Notes: a model not told the origin generated them from the letters alone. Positions 8,906 to 19,447 are shown, counted from the first letter of the stretch. The stretch is 64,000 bases of DNA from Chloroflexota bacterium (GCA_963663275.1 OY760183.1:1056001-1120000), one strand, 5' to 3'. Numbers and translations are program-made.

Positions 8906-9694
8906 CTAGGCCCGCACGCCGCTGAGGACCACCTCATGGCGGGTCAGGCGCAAGTCGTCGCCCACCTGTTGCGGCGCCAGGCCGGCCAGATCGCCATCGA
9001 CCGCTTCCCAGAGCATCGTCCTGACGATCTCGCGGTTCTCATCGGTCGTGTTCGCGGTTTCCAGCCACTCGCTGGCCAGCACCTCCCGCTGCAAGAGCCG
9101 GGTCTCAGCCACGGGGCAGCCCACGTCCGCCATCATCCGGCGCAACTGGCTTGGGCTGAAGGCTTGCACGTGGGAGTGCCCGCGCAGGCGTTCCATGCGG
9201 TTGAAGTAGGCCGCCTTCCCGGCATCCTCCGGCATCCCGAACTCGCCGATGACCAGCCGTCCGCCGGGCGCCAGCACCCGCGCCATCTCTTGCAGGGCGG
9301 GCACGGCGTGGGTGAAGTGATGAACGCTGAAGCGGCAGGTAACGATGCTAAACAGCGCGTCCGGGAATGGCAGGCGGGTGGCGTCGGCGGCGGCCAGGGC
9401 GACCCGCTCTCCACTCCGGCCTTTGCCATTGGTCTCTTCTTGTTCAGCCGCGCGGGCGAGCATGGCGGCGGTGAAATCCACGCCGGTAACGCAGCCGCCG
9501 TCCGTGATCGCCTCCGCCAGGGCAAACGCCACCAGCCCCGTGCCGGTGGCCACGTCCAGCGCCTGCGCCCCGGGGCCCGGCGCGGCCATTTCAACCATCG
9601 CCTCAACCGTATCGCCCTGCCCGCCCGTATAGGTAGCCGCCCGCTCCGTAAAATGCTGCCGCACGTCCTGATCCGACGGCGCTTGTTCGCTCAT
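8906..9694 (-). CDS. Class I SAM-dependent methyltransferase (UbiE/Methyltransf_11-like)
   Basis: ALDVATGTG motif I, GVDFTAAML, DATRLPFPDALF, EMARVLAPGG; ATG 9694 with GGGAGA upstream. Confidence 0.88.
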   Translation of the reverse strand: MSEQAPSDQDVRQHFTERAATYTGGQGDTVEAMVEMAAPGPGAQALDVATGTGLVAFALAEAITDGGCVTGVDFTAAMLARAAEQEETNGKGRSGERVALAAADATRLPFPDALFSIVTCRFSVHHFTHAVPALQEMARVLAPGGRLVIGEFGMPEDAGKAAYFNRMERLRGHSHVQAFSPSQLRRMMADVGCPVAETRLLQREVLASEWLETANTTDENREIVRTMLWEAVDGDLAGLAPQQVGDDLRLTRHEVVLSGVRA

Positions 9695-9796
9695 GCGTAG
9701 TCTCCCGTTTCCTCTCACGTACACTCAAAGTCAGATCGCCATTCACCAAAGGTGCCTCGTTGTAAGACTGGCGCCTAAAGCCACTGCCAGTCGCGT

Positions 9797-10885
9797 CTAG
9801 TTCTCTAGCAGAGAGTCGATTCGCTCGTTCCAGCGAGCCTTGATGGTCTGAGGCACGTCTGGCTGGTCAAGCAATGCAAGCAACTCCGCGTTGAAGATAC
9901 TTCTTCCTCTTCTTCCCGTAGTAACCAACAACATGAAGATCCACTCCTTAATGTGCACGAAATTGACCTCATGACCCTGGGCAAAGTAACGTTGCGCTTG
10001 CTGCAACGCATCTGTCCTAGGGGCGGCAGTACCCAATAAGAACAGGTAATCTCCAATTCCGGATGGCGCGATCTTGGTGTTGAACGTAGCCGTGAGGCGA
10101 GAACTATCTACCAGTCTCTCAGTTACTTCCACTGCCAAGATCGTCTCGTCACCATCCTTAATCGTTATGTCTCCTCCTGCGCCTGACGGTCTATCGGCCA
10201 CATTGATGCCTTGCCAAGCTATCGTCCAATGCAACTCGAAGTAAGCCTTGATCGTATTGAACATCGCGACGACCAGTACAACCGGCAATAGGCCGCCACT
10301 CGGAGTATCAAGGAGGCTGGAGATCAGAACGTCATACTGTGGCAAACTAATGCGCTGCAGCCGAGTAAGTGGTATGTCGGCAGCCTCCCGAAGCGCAACA
10401 AACCGAAAGAGTAGATAACGAAGAAACTGCTTGAGCTCACCGTCATCCGAGGTCAGCCGAAGACGTGTAATCAGTGAAAGGAACGCATCGTAGCCTTTCT
10501 TGTCCCGCAATCCAGTCCTGATTTCAGCAGTGAACTGAATTGAACGACGAAAGACGCTCAAATACGGGCCACGCGAACAAGGCACTCTTCTCTCTTGCAA
10601 GAAAGGATTGATCACCCTTTCGTCAAGAGTTCTGCCAGTAAACGCATCGGGCCCCAGGTCTACATAAGGCTTGCGAATGTCGATGTCTTTGTCCAAGATT
10701 CGCGCTACGGTACATCCTAAGACTACCTCGCGATATGCCTGGGTTCTTGATTCAAATATTAGGTCGCAAGCCTCCGCAGACTCGTCATCAACATCAGGAA
10801 TGATCCCCTGCAAGACACCTTCCTCAATAGATCCAATTATGTCTTCTAACAGTTTTCTCGCCGCACCATAGTCAATAGTAGACAT
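9797..10885 (-). CDS. Putative type II restriction endonuclease (SacI-like family)
   Basis: 362 aa, lower GC, downstream of a DNA MTase; GINVAD..GAGGDI..LAVEVTER PD-(D/E)xK-like core; GRTLDERVINPFL segment typical of SacI-like proteins. Confidence 0.7.
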   Translation of the reverse strand: MSTIDYGAARKLLEDIIGSIEEGVLQGIIPDVDDESAEACDLIFESRTQAYREVVLGCTVARILDKDIDIRKPYVDLGPDAFTGRTLDERVINPFLQERRVPCSRGPYLSVFRRSIQFTAEIRTGLRDKKGYDAFLSLITRLRLTSDDGELKQFLRYLLFRFVALREAADIPLTRLQRISLPQYDVLISSLLDTPSGGLLPVVLVVAMFNTIKAYFELHWTIAWQGINVADRPSGAGGDITIKDGDETILAVEVTERLVDSSRLTATFNTKIAPSGIGDYLFLLGTAAPRTDALQQAQRYFAQGHEVNFVHIKEWIFMLLVTTGRRGRSIFNAELLALLDQPDVPQTIKARWNERIDSLLEN

Positions 10886-11063
10886 TGCACAAGAGCCTGG
10901 GCCAATAGTGGATTAGACAATAGGCCGAATTGCAGACAGGTAGGGACAAAAATCGCTAAATCACGTTCGCTTCTGAAACTGAACGCTAATCACGAATCAG
11001 ACTGAAAGCGAGGCATGTCTGCGAAAGTCATGCCGCGATGTCGCACACAATCACAAACGGCGC

Positions 11064-11975
11064 TCAGTAATTCATCCAAAGAGCCTCTTGCCGCAATTGC
11101 TTTACCGAGTGGCAGTACTTCTCCGGCGCGTCATAGCGGCGCCAGCCGGCGTAGAGTTCATCCATCAAGTCGCAGCTATAGCCGGACACTGCCACTTTGC
11201 CGACGCAGCCATTGAGCAGCTTTGCAAGTTCACGGTGTTCGTCTTCATCCATCTCGAAACCGTATGCCTTGCTATCGCCCCGCGTGCTGTGGAGATAGGG
11301 GGGATCACAGTAGAAGAGCGTCTCAGCGTCATCGTAGAGTCGGATCACGTCACTCGCCGGCCGATTCTCGATTTGCACACTCAGCAACCGCTCCGCCACT
11401 TCCGGCAAGTGTTCCACGCTTCCCAGCCAGCGCGAAACCGCCCCCGACATCCCGGCGCGGCTCGTCTTCTTGCAATTTGCCCACCGTCCAAGAGTTGCGG
11501 TTTGCGCCAGACCCGTTCTCGCTTGCCGAGCACGCACGAAGAACAAGCGCGCCCGCTCCACATCAGAGACTAAGCCGTTGTCACAACTAATCGCACTATA
11601 GAATTCCTCCCGCGAAAACGGCGTGATGCCAATCGCCCGCATGAGCGCATCGGGGCTGTCGCGCAAGACCCGAAAGAAATTCGCCACTTCCCCATCAATG
11701 TCATTGTAGGTCTCGACCGGAGAAGACTCGCGGTTGATCAACACCGCAGCCGAACCGGCAAAGGGTTCGCAGTAGTGGTGGGCAGCGGGCAGCAACGGCA
11801 GCAACCACTCAAGATGGGAAAACTTCCCCCCATACCAGCCAAAGACGATCTTCCGTTTACGCCTGCGCGGACGCACAATCGTTGGATACTTGCCGTCGGC
11901 TTCTGCAAAGTCCAGGTAAATCGGGGATAACGACTTCCGCACCGTAAGGAACCTCTCCCGTACTCCGGTAGCCAA
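11064..11975 (-). CDS. DNA adenine methyltransferase (D12 class, Dam-like)
   Basis: WYGGK, EPFAGSAAV, YNDID and DPPY motifs. Confidence 0.92.
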   Translation of the reverse strand: MATGVRERFLTVRKSLSPIYLDFAEADGKYPTIVRPRRRKRKIVFGWYGGKFSHLEWLLPLLPAAHHYCEPFAGSAAVLINRESSPVETYNDIDGEVANFFRVLRDSPDALMRAIGITPFSREEFYSAISCDNGLVSDVERARLFFVRARQARTGLAQTATLGRWANCKKTSRAGMSGAVSRWLGSVEHLPEVAERLLSVQIENRPASDVIRLYDDAETLFYCDPPYLHSTRGDSKAYGFEMDEDEHRELAKLLNGCVGKVAVSGYSCDLMDELYAGWRRYDAPEKYCHSVKQLRQEALWMNY

Positions 11976-12041
11976 GTTTACAATACCACTTCAAGGAAGC
12001 GCCTGCATACAGGTCATGTTGGGGCGAATCCAACAAGAGAG

Positions 12042-12896
12042 CTACGCCCCGGCAAGATACGGCGGCGCTGCCGCGCCGACGTTCGCCTCCAGTTCTTCCG
12101 TATTCATCACGCCGGTGATGCACGCCGCGACGTGGGGGTGGCCGAGCACGAACTTGATAGCGGCTTCGTGAAGCGACTGAACCGGCGGCTTGACCAATTC
12201 GCGGGTCAAGCGTTCCACCGCCGCCTCGTCTTGAAAGAGCCGGCCGGAGGCGAAGGGCGACCGCGCCAGCACGCCGACGTCCCTTTCCGCGCACAGCGGG
12301 AAGAGTTCCGCCGCCGCCTCTTGCAGCAACACGCTGTACGACACTTCAACCACCTCCGCGTATCCCCGCCGCACCGCCGCCAGGCAGGCCGCCACCGAGG
12401 ACGAAAGCCCGATGCTGCGCACCTTGCCCGCCTGCTGCAATTCGCGCAGCGTCTCCCACGGCTCTTCGCGCGTGACAACATCCACCGGCGGGTCGTGCAA
12501 GAGATACGCGTCGATGTAGTCGGTCTGCAAGCGGCGCAGGCTCAGTTCGCACTCGTGGCGGATGTACCACGGCTCGTAGCATTGCGGCTGCGGCGCGTCC
12601 CGCTGCTGGAAGAGCGTCTGCGCCCCGTCGATCCCCACCAGGTAGCCCGCCTTTGTGATGAGGACCGCCTCCGCGCGCCGTTCCCGAAACGTCTCGCCCA
12701 GAATCACCTCCGACCGGCCGTTGCCGTACGCGTCGGAGAGATCGTAGGTGGTAACGCCCAAGTCAAGCGCGCGGCGCAGAATCGCCGCGCCGTCCTCGGC
12801 GTCGATTGCGCCCCACCACAGCCCGCCGAGTTCCCAGGTTCCCAGCGCGAAGGCCGAAACCTCGATACCGGTTGCGCCCAGTTCGCGAGTTTCCAT
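12042..12896 (-). CDS. Aldo/keto reductase
   Basis: RELGATGIEVS, D..AYGNGRSE, SLRRLQTDYIDAYLLHDP, GKVRSIGLS. Confidence 0.92.
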   Translation of the reverse strand: METRELGATGIEVSAFALGTWELGGLWWGAIDAEDGAAILRRALDLGVTTYDLSDAYGNGRSEVILGETFRERRAEAVLITKAGYLVGIDGAQTLFQQRDAPQPQCYEPWYIRHECELSLRRLQTDYIDAYLLHDPPVDVVTREEPWETLRELQQAGKVRSIGLSSSVAACLAAVRRGYAEVVEVSYSVLLQEAAAELFPLCAERDVGVLARSPFASGRLFQDEAAVERLTRELVKPPVQSLHEAAIKFVLGHPHVAACITGVMNTEELEANVGAAAPPYLAGA

Positions 12897-12929
12897 TTGC
12901 GCTCTCCTCTTTCTCCTGCTGTTCCAACG

Positions 12930-13261
12930 GAGACCTTTGCGAAACCTCACTGAGAGGCGACCAGTCCCCTCTCCCCGAGGGAGAGGGTTAGGGTGAGGGG
13001 GAGATTATGCGCGACTCATACCAATTCTTGCGAAATGGGGTGGAACCGGCGAGGATTCCCCCTCACCCCGGCCCTCTCCCCAGGAGGCCTTTGCGAAACT
13101 CTGCCAAACACTTGATTTTGGACTGAATCGGCGCAGATTCCCCTCACCCCGGCCCTCTCCCCAGGGAGAGGGAGTCTGATCGCGAGCCGACCTGTGTTAC
13201 GCAAAGGTCTCCCAGGGAGAGGGCGCCTTCTCGCCTGCTGGCCTAGTTATGCAAAGGTCTC
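12930..13261. mobile_element. MITE family 1 (GAGACCTTTGC ends) containing a nested copy at 13084-13211
   Basis: TIRs gagacctttgcgaaac / gttatgcaaaggtctc, 5-bp TSD caacg; nested gaggcctttgcgaaac...ttacgcaaaggtctc flanked by ccag inside a CCCTCTCCC hairpin loop. Confidence 0.8.
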
Positions 13262-13549
13262 CAACGGCATCGAGCCACTGCTCTTTCGTCAAGGGTACTC
13301 TATGCGACGCTGATACCCAAATTTCACTCCCTTTCGTTGACATCGTTGCCGTTTGCCGTCAGAATCAACGCAACATGCGCACACGCGGTTTTGGCAGCGT
13401 GGTACCGCCGTGGTTGAATCAAGAGAGACAGACCACTCCGCAGTTTCCACCCGGCGACGCGGCGACAATGCGTAAACCGGCGACCTACGCGCGAGGAAGA
13501 GACGCTGCCCGCCCAAACCGAAGCGCAACACCCGCAAAGGAGCGCACTC

Positions 13550-15166
13550 TTGGCGCAAGCACATGACGTGGCTGATGTCTTGATCATTGGCGCGGGCGCG
13601 TCCGGCGCGGCGGCGGCCTGGTCGCTGGCGTCCGCCGGGCTTGACGTGGTCTGCCTGGAGCAGGGGGATTGGGTCGATCCCGCCGATTATCCCCACCAAA
13701 GCACGGACTGGGAATTGCACCGGCAGACCGACTTTGCCAAAGACCCCAACGCGCGGCAGCGGCCGGAGGATTACCCGCTGAACAACGACGACACGCCCAT
13801 CACGCCGCTCATGTTCAACGCCGTCGGCGGCAGCACCATCCACTGGAGCGGGCACTTTCCGCGCTTTCGCCCGTCCGACTTTCGCGTAAAGACGCTGGAC
13901 GGCGTGGCCGACGACTGGCCGCTCACGTACCGGGACCTCGCGCCGTACTACGAGCAGAACGACGCGAACATCGGCGTCTCGGGTCTGAACGGCGATCCCG
14001 GCGGCCCGCCGCGCACACCGCGCCAGACGCCGCCGCTCGGCCTCGATGCCGCCGCCCACGCCTACATTCGCGGTTTGGAGAAACTGGGCTGGCACTGGTG
14101 GCCGTCCGACAACGCCCTGATCACCGCGCCCTTCGGTGAAGGGCGGCAGACGTGCAATTACTGCGGACCGTGCGACCTGGGCTGTCCGCGCGGCGCGATG
14201 TCCAGCGCCCACGTGACCTACTGGCCGGCGGCCCTGGCCAAAGGCGCGCGCCTCATCACCCGCGCCCGCGTGCGCGAAATCAGCGTAAACCGGCGCGGCC
14301 GCGCCAGCGGCGCCGTCTACTACACCGCGGACGGCGGCATTGCCCAGCAGCGCGCCCGGGTTGTCATTATCGCGTGCAATGGCATCGGCACGCCGCGCCT
14401 CCTGCTCAATTCCGTATCCAGTCTCTTTCCGCACGGCCTCGCCAACGCGAACGGCCTGGTCGGCACACACCTTATGTTCCACCCGGTGGCGTTCGTTACC
14501 GGCTTCTTCGGGGAACCGGTACACGGGCATCGAGGACCCGTCGGTCTTCTGCTCCATTGCCAGGAGTTCTATGAGACCGACCTCAGTCGCGGCTACGTGC
14601 GCGGTTTCCAACTGCAACTTTGCCGCGATAGCGGCCCGCTTTCCACGGCCCTCGGGAGTTTTCCCGGCGAGAGGGTGCCGTGGGGACCGGACCATCACCG
14701 GGCCTTGCGGGAGCAGAGCGATCATGCGCTTACCGTGGGTGTCATGATCGAGGACCTGCCGGAGGCACACAATCGTGTAGACCTCGATCCCCATTTGACC
14801 GATACCAATGGCATTCCCGCGCCGCGCGTCGCCTATACCGTTAGCGAGAACAGCCGCAAAGCCCTCGACTACGGCATCGCAAGAGCGCGCGACCTCATGG
14901 ACGCCGCCGGCGCACACACGGTCTTGCATCAAACGCTTACGCGCGAGGCCGGGTGGCACCTCATGGGCACCGCGCGCATGGGCGACGATCCTGCCAACTC
15001 CGTGGTGAATCGGCACGGTCAGGCCCACGATGTGCCCAATCTCTTCATCATCGATGGCAGCCTCTTCGTTACCTCGGCCGCGGTGAACCCTACCAGCACG
15101 ATCCAGGCCCTGGCGCTCTACGTTTCCGATTGGCTGAAGCAGAACTTCCGGGAGGTGGCGGCATGA
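13550..15166 (+). CDS. GMC-family oxidoreductase (flavoprotein subunit)
   Basis: IIGAGASG FAD motif, VGGSTIHW, CNYCGPCDLGCP Fe-S motif, HLMGTARMG, NPTSTIQALA. Confidence 0.93.
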   Translation: MAQAHDVADVLIIGAGASGAAAAWSLASAGLDVVCLEQGDWVDPADYPHQSTDWELHRQTDFAKDPNARQRPEDYPLNNDDTPITPLMFNAVGGSTIHWSGHFPRFRPSDFRVKTLDGVADDWPLTYRDLAPYYEQNDANIGVSGLNGDPGGPPRTPRQTPPLGLDAAAHAYIRGLEKLGWHWWPSDNALITAPFGEGRQTCNYCGPCDLGCPRGAMSSAHVTYWPAALAKGARLITRARVREISVNRRGRASGAVYYTADGGIAQQRARVVIIACNGIGTPRLLLNSVSSLFPHGLANANGLVGTHLMFHPVAFVTGFFGEPVHGHRGPVGLLLHCQEFYETDLSRGYVRGFQLQLCRDSGPLSTALGSFPGERVPWGPDHHRALREQSDHALTVGVMIEDLPEAHNRVDLDPHLTDTNGIPAPRVAYTVSENSRKALDYGIARARDLMDAAGAHTVLHQTLTREAGWHLMGTARMGDDPANSVVNRHGQAHDVPNLFIIDGSLFVTSAAVNPTSTIQALALYVSDWLKQNFREVAA

Positions 15167-15666
15167 GCGCGCGGCATGAAGACGGCGCTGTCCTGACGGC
15201 GGCGCAACTGGCGCTCCTGAAAGCCGTTCAAAACCGGCTGATTCCGGCGCAGGACGAGATGCCGGGCGCCGGCGACGCCGGCTGCGCCCAGACGCTCGAT
15301 CGCTATCTCGGCGAACGTCCGGCTTTGCGCCGCCCGGTGCTTGCCGTCCTGGGCGCGATCGAGGCGGCGGCCGGCGTGCGCGCGCAGTCGTCCGTCGAGG
15401 ATGACGCAGGGTCTACGCACGCGGCGTTTACGGCGCTTTCTGAATCCGAACAGGAAGCGGCGCTGCGCGCCGTGGAGTCGGCGCAGCCGGAACTCTTTCA
15501 GACGCTGTTGCGCCAGACGTACACGGCCTACTATACGAATCCCGCCGTGCAGCTCATTCTGGGCTGGAAGCCGCCCCAGCCGGAGGGGTTCCCCACCCCG
15601 CCGCCGTTCGACGAGGCGCTGCTGGCCAACGTAAAGCAGCGCGGCAAAGTCTGGCGAGATGCTTAA
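15163..15666 (+). CDS. Gluconate 2-dehydrogenase subunit 3-like protein
   Basis: ATGA overlap with the GMC gene; RLIPAQDEMPGAGDAG, FTALSESEQEAAL, AYYTNP motifs. Confidence 0.8.
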   Translation: MSARHEDGAVLTAAQLALLKAVQNRLIPAQDEMPGAGDAGCAQTLDRYLGERPALRRPVLAVLGAIEAAAGVRAQSSVEDDAGSTHAAFTALSESEQEAALRAVESAQPELFQTLLRQTYTAYYTNPAVQLILGWKPPQPEGFPTPPPFDEALLANVKQRGKVWRDA

Positions 15667-15899
15667 TCAGCATATGAAGGTGAAGGACTGCGGGCAACTT
15701 TCAACCCCGCTGCGAATGGGCAGATTGCAAGCGCTGCACGCGGCCTGCTCATGCTAGGGCAACTCGCTCGATAGCAGCATCCGGCGGCGTAGTCTGCAAG
15801 CAACGGGTCGTAAGATGTCCCAAAGTGCTCGACAACGAATCCAGGCTGTGATAGAGTCGAAGCACATGCACTCGACATGCAAAATCGAGCCTTGAGGCT

Positions 15900-15932
15900 A
15901 AAGTCGCAGATATGCTAGCAATCTGCGACTTT
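15900..15932. terminator. Possible intrinsic terminator hairpin
   Basis: aaagtcgcagat-N9-atctgcgacttt perfect 12-bp stem. Confidence 0.45.
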
Positions 15933-16387
15933 CCTCATTTCATTAGCCAAACGAAAGCAGTGGGCCGCCACTGGGATGACGACCCGCCCAAAGCAACCCT
16001 ATATAGCGTTGCTGTGTCTGTCGCACTGCCCAGCCCCTTTTGGTGCAACTAATATTCCCCTTAAGCTTGGATTGAACTTTGGATAGTGATGGAGGAACTC
16101 ACTTTGTGAAGATCCAAGGCTACTAAACCATGTAGAACGAGTAAGCAACAACGACTCTTACCACATCCAAGAAACCATCAAGAACCCAACAAGTGTGGCT
16201 ACGGTGTGCTGAAACAAACCAACGAATTTCCTCCCGGAATTAAACCAGTTTTTGGCCCTATTATGGCAATAACATTCAAAGAGATCATGCCACTCCAGAA
16301 CAAATCGACTACTGGCGCGAACACTCTAGGAAGTAGCGACCAGCTTCCATGCCACCTCAGTGTTGAACAAGAGCAACTCTTGAGTCT

Positions 16388-16472
16388 TCGTGCTGAGCCT
16401 GTCGAAGCATGAACGGCTATACGCCACCTTGCGGCGGTTCCGTTCACCCTTCGACGCTGCTCAGGGCGAACG
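16388..16472. repeat. Paired CTTCGACA(G/A)GCTCAG-family palindromes
   Basis: tcgtgctgagcctgtcgaagcatgaacgg ... ccgttcacccttcgacgctgctcagggcgaacg; relatives at 22637-22752, 27945-27978, 60027-60061 and inside hisS. Confidence 0.8.
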
Positions 16473-16580
16473 TCCCTCGTGCAGACTAGAAGTTTGTAAA
16501 CAGGCTCTAAGAACGGACTTGACGACTATAAGGCTTGAAGGTAAGAAATGTTGTGCTACGTCGGCATGGCCGCCCCTGAA

Positions 16581-17279
16581 CTAATCATCGAACCCGTAGT
16601 ACCCACCATCGTAAGTCAATAGATGATATTGGCCAGGTGACTCTACTTCAAGATCACCCGACCCGAATTCCAAAGACGGTATAGCTTGAAGTAACTCATA
16701 TGCGAATTGAGCGTCAAGGCTTCCCACGACGAAGAATTCCGGTTGGGCACTCGCGCGATCCCGCGTGATGCTAACCGTATCACTACCCATCGACTCGACG
16801 GAGACCATCTTGCCAAAGTTGACCCTGAATGACCGTTCCCCATTAAAGTAAAGGTGCTTGGTGGTAACAGCCATGGTACCCACGCCCCGGTCAACAACCT
16901 CATCTCGCTCTACAGGGGTACCCCGCGACTGACCGAGGCGGACAGACACCCCTTTTGCCACTCGGACGCTCGTACCAGCGGAACGACCTACTATCTCGCG
17001 CTTGGTGCGTTGCTCCAGGTACGTCACGTTAGGGAAAACGAAAATCAGATGCTCTGACCGCATGAATTTGAAAGGCAGCCGCCCGACTAATGATTCCCAG
17101 TCAATATCGGGGAGTTTGCCATCGTCGAGAATTGCCAAGATATTCCGTTGCACTTGGCGATACTCTGCAATCCTCTGGCGTTCACGCTCTTGAGCTTCTA
17201 GCAAAGCCAACTGCTCCTGCTCACGTGCTTGCCTACCTTGGGTCATCTTTCGCTTGATGAAATCGAACATGAAGGACAT
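16581..17279 (-). CDS. Hypothetical protein with N-terminal coiled coil and probable PH-like domain
   Basis: 232-aa ORF in a low-GC island; GTSVRVAKGVSVRLG and GTMAVTTKHLYFNG segments typical of bacterial PH-like folds. Confidence 0.65.
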   Translation of the reverse strand: MSFMFDFIKRKMTQGRQAREQEQLALLEAQERERQRIAEYRQVQRNILAILDDGKLPDIDWESLVGRLPFKFMRSEHLIFVFPNVTYLEQRTKREIVGRSAGTSVRVAKGVSVRLGQSRGTPVERDEVVDRGVGTMAVTTKHLYFNGERSFRVNFGKMVSVESMGSDTVSITRDRASAQPEFFVVGSLDAQFAYELLQAIPSLEFGSGDLEVESPGQYHLLTYDGGYYGFDD

Positions 17280-17728
17280 AGTAGGACCCCTTGCACAACG
17301 ACTCTTGCAAACTAATTTCGCGCCGACACTCGAGTGAGACCAAATAGAGGATCGAGTTTCCTGATTTTCGTCCCTTCACACCTTCCGCAATCTCGCTATG
17401 AAGGACTCCGAAGGACATGTTGTAAGTTCCGCATCACACTACACCTCGCCTGATTAGCCGTCAAGGGTTGAGTAGACTACGTGGAGAGGATGTGGAGGCA
17501 ACAATTGGATGTCAGCCTCATGAGCCTATTGAAATGGATTAATCATAAGGAGATTCCAACATCAACCAAGCGCTTCTCAAGTCATTGTCTCCGAATTGGT
17601 AGCGTAGCAGGTTCGCACTTTGCAGGCGTGTCATCTTGACGCATCTAAACTAAACCGGCACCCGCTCAGATAGTCGCTACTATGACATTCGCAGCACTAA
17701 GCGTAGGCTACTTTCGGTCAATCCCAGA

Positions 17729-19432
17729 TTAAGTTTCCCAGTGGCGGTAGAATGCGGAGCGGCGCTCGCCGACCAAGTGTTCCAACTCTTCGCCGTGTAT
17801 CTCGTACTTCTGGAAGACGTGCTGGATCACCTCCACCCCGGCCTCGAATTCCGGCTGCACCACGTCGGACGCGCCGGCGGCGCGCAGCCTTTGGATTGAT
17901 TCGCGTCTGCTGGCCCGCGCGATGATGTCCAGCGCCGGGTTCAGCGAGCGGGCGTGGCGCACCGCAATCTCCGCCGCCACGTCGTCGTGGACGAGCACCG
18001 CCAGGAGCGACGCCTGCTCCAGTTCCGCGTGTGCCAGCACCGCGTGGCTGCCCGCGTCGCCGTACACCACCGGCACGCCGCTCTCGCGCAGTTCGCGCAC
18101 CGTGAGCGGGTTGTATTCCACGACCACGTAGTTGATGTTTTGCAGGTCGAGCGCCTCGGCAAGTTCCCGTCCGACGCGGCCAAAGCCGCAGATTACCGCA
18201 TGTTCGCTGAACTTGCCCATCCAGGCGGGCGCGGTGTCCGGTTCGGCGAACCACGCGCCAACGAGCGGCAGCGCCCCAAAGACGCGAATGATGCGCGGCT
18301 CCAGCAGCAAGAGGAAGGGCGTGAGGATGATGCTGATCAACGCCGTGCTGATCGCCAGGTTGAAGATGGCGGTTGGCAGCGCGCCGGCCGATACGCTGAT
18401 CTGCGCCAGCACGAAGGAGAATTCGCCCACCTGCCCCAGGCTCAGCGCGCCGCGCACGGCGGCGTGCGCCGGCACGCGCAGCGCCAGGAGCAAGATCATC
18501 AGAATGGCGATCTTGCCGAGCACGGCGGCGGTCAGCGCGATGCCGACCGCGCCCAGGTTGTGCCAGAGCCACACCGGATCGAGCAACATCCCCACCGAGA
18601 CGAAGAAGAGCGAGGCGAAGAGGTCGCGCAGGGGCACGACTTCCGCCACCACCTGCGTGCGCAGTTCCGACTCCGCCACCACCAGCCCGGCCAGAAAAGC
18701 GCCGAACGCCAGCGAAAGGCCGACGAACTGCGTTACGAACGCGGTGCCGAGGGCGAGCGCGACCACGGCCAGGATCAGAAGTTCACGGGACTCGCCCTGG
18801 GCGATGTGCGTCAGCAGCCAGTGCGCCACGCGCGCGCCGATGAAGTACGCGCCCAGGCAGACGGCCGCCGCCTTGCCGGCCAGCAGGAGCAGGTCGAAGA
18901 CCAGGTTCTCGCCGCCGGCCGCCAGGGCCGGCAGGATGACGACCATGGGCACCACGGCGATGTCCTGGAGAATCAGGATGCCCAGCGCGATGCGGCCGTG
19001 CAGCGCCTGCAATTCGCCTCGGCTCATAAGCACCTTTATGACCACCACGGTGCTGGAGAGGGCGATGAGCGCGCCGAGCAGGATGCCCTGGGTGAAGGAA
19101 AGACCGAGCGCGCGGCCTATCAGCGGGCCGAGACTCATGGTCAGCAGGATCTGTCCTATACCGCCAATCACGACGATGCGCCCCAGGTGGCGCAACTCGC
19201 GCAGGGAGAACTCCGCGCCCACGGCAAAGAGCAGGAACATCACGCCGATCTCGGCCAGCACCTGCACGTCGTGCTGGTCGGCGCGGAGCAAGGGGCTGAA
19301 CGGCCCGATGGCGATGCCGGCGAGCAGGTATCCCAGGATCACCGGCAGGCCGCAGCGTTGCGCCACTAGCCCCGCCAGAAAGGCGGCGAGGACGGCCACG
19401 GAGAGATTGAGCGCTAACGATACGTCGGGCAC
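17729..19432 (-). CDS. CPA2 cation:proton antiporter with TrkA-N (RCK) domain (KefC/YbaL-like)
   Basis: GYLLAGIAIGP, LSSTVVVIKVL, GILILQDIAVVP, QVGEFSFV, ICGFGRVG; GTG 19432 with GGAGG RBS. Confidence 0.92.
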   Translation of the reverse strand: MPDVSLALNLSVAVLAAFLAGLVAQRCGLPVILGYLLAGIAIGPFSPLLRADQHDVQVLAEIGVMFLLFAVGAEFSLRELRHLGRIVVIGGIGQILLTMSLGPLIGRALGLSFTQGILLGALIALSSTVVVIKVLMSRGELQALHGRIALGILILQDIAVVPMVVILPALAAGGENLVFDLLLLAGKAAAVCLGAYFIGARVAHWLLTHIAQGESRELLILAVVALALGTAFVTQFVGLSLAFGAFLAGLVVAESELRTQVVAEVVPLRDLFASLFFVSVGMLLDPVWLWHNLGAVGIALTAAVLGKIAILMILLLALRVPAHAAVRGALSLGQVGEFSFVLAQISVSAGALPTAIFNLAISTALISIILTPFLLLLEPRIIRVFGALPLVGAWFAEPDTAPAWMGKFSEHAVICGFGRVGRELAEALDLQNINYVVVEYNPLTVRELRESGVPVVYGDAGSHAVLAHAELEQASLLAVLVHDDVAAEIAVRHARSLNPALDIIARASRRESIQRLRAAGASDVVQPEFEAGVEVIQHVFQKYEIHGEELEHLVGERRSAFYRHWET

Positions 19433-19447
19433 GGCAGTTCGCCTCCA

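Noticed and set aside
13289-15028. 579-aa antisense ORF and similar long shadow ORFs (e.g. 17954-19369, 23819-25426, 28063-29697, 33743-34948)
   Set aside because: They lie opposite well-supported genes and are the expected by-product of high-GC codon bias; no motifs
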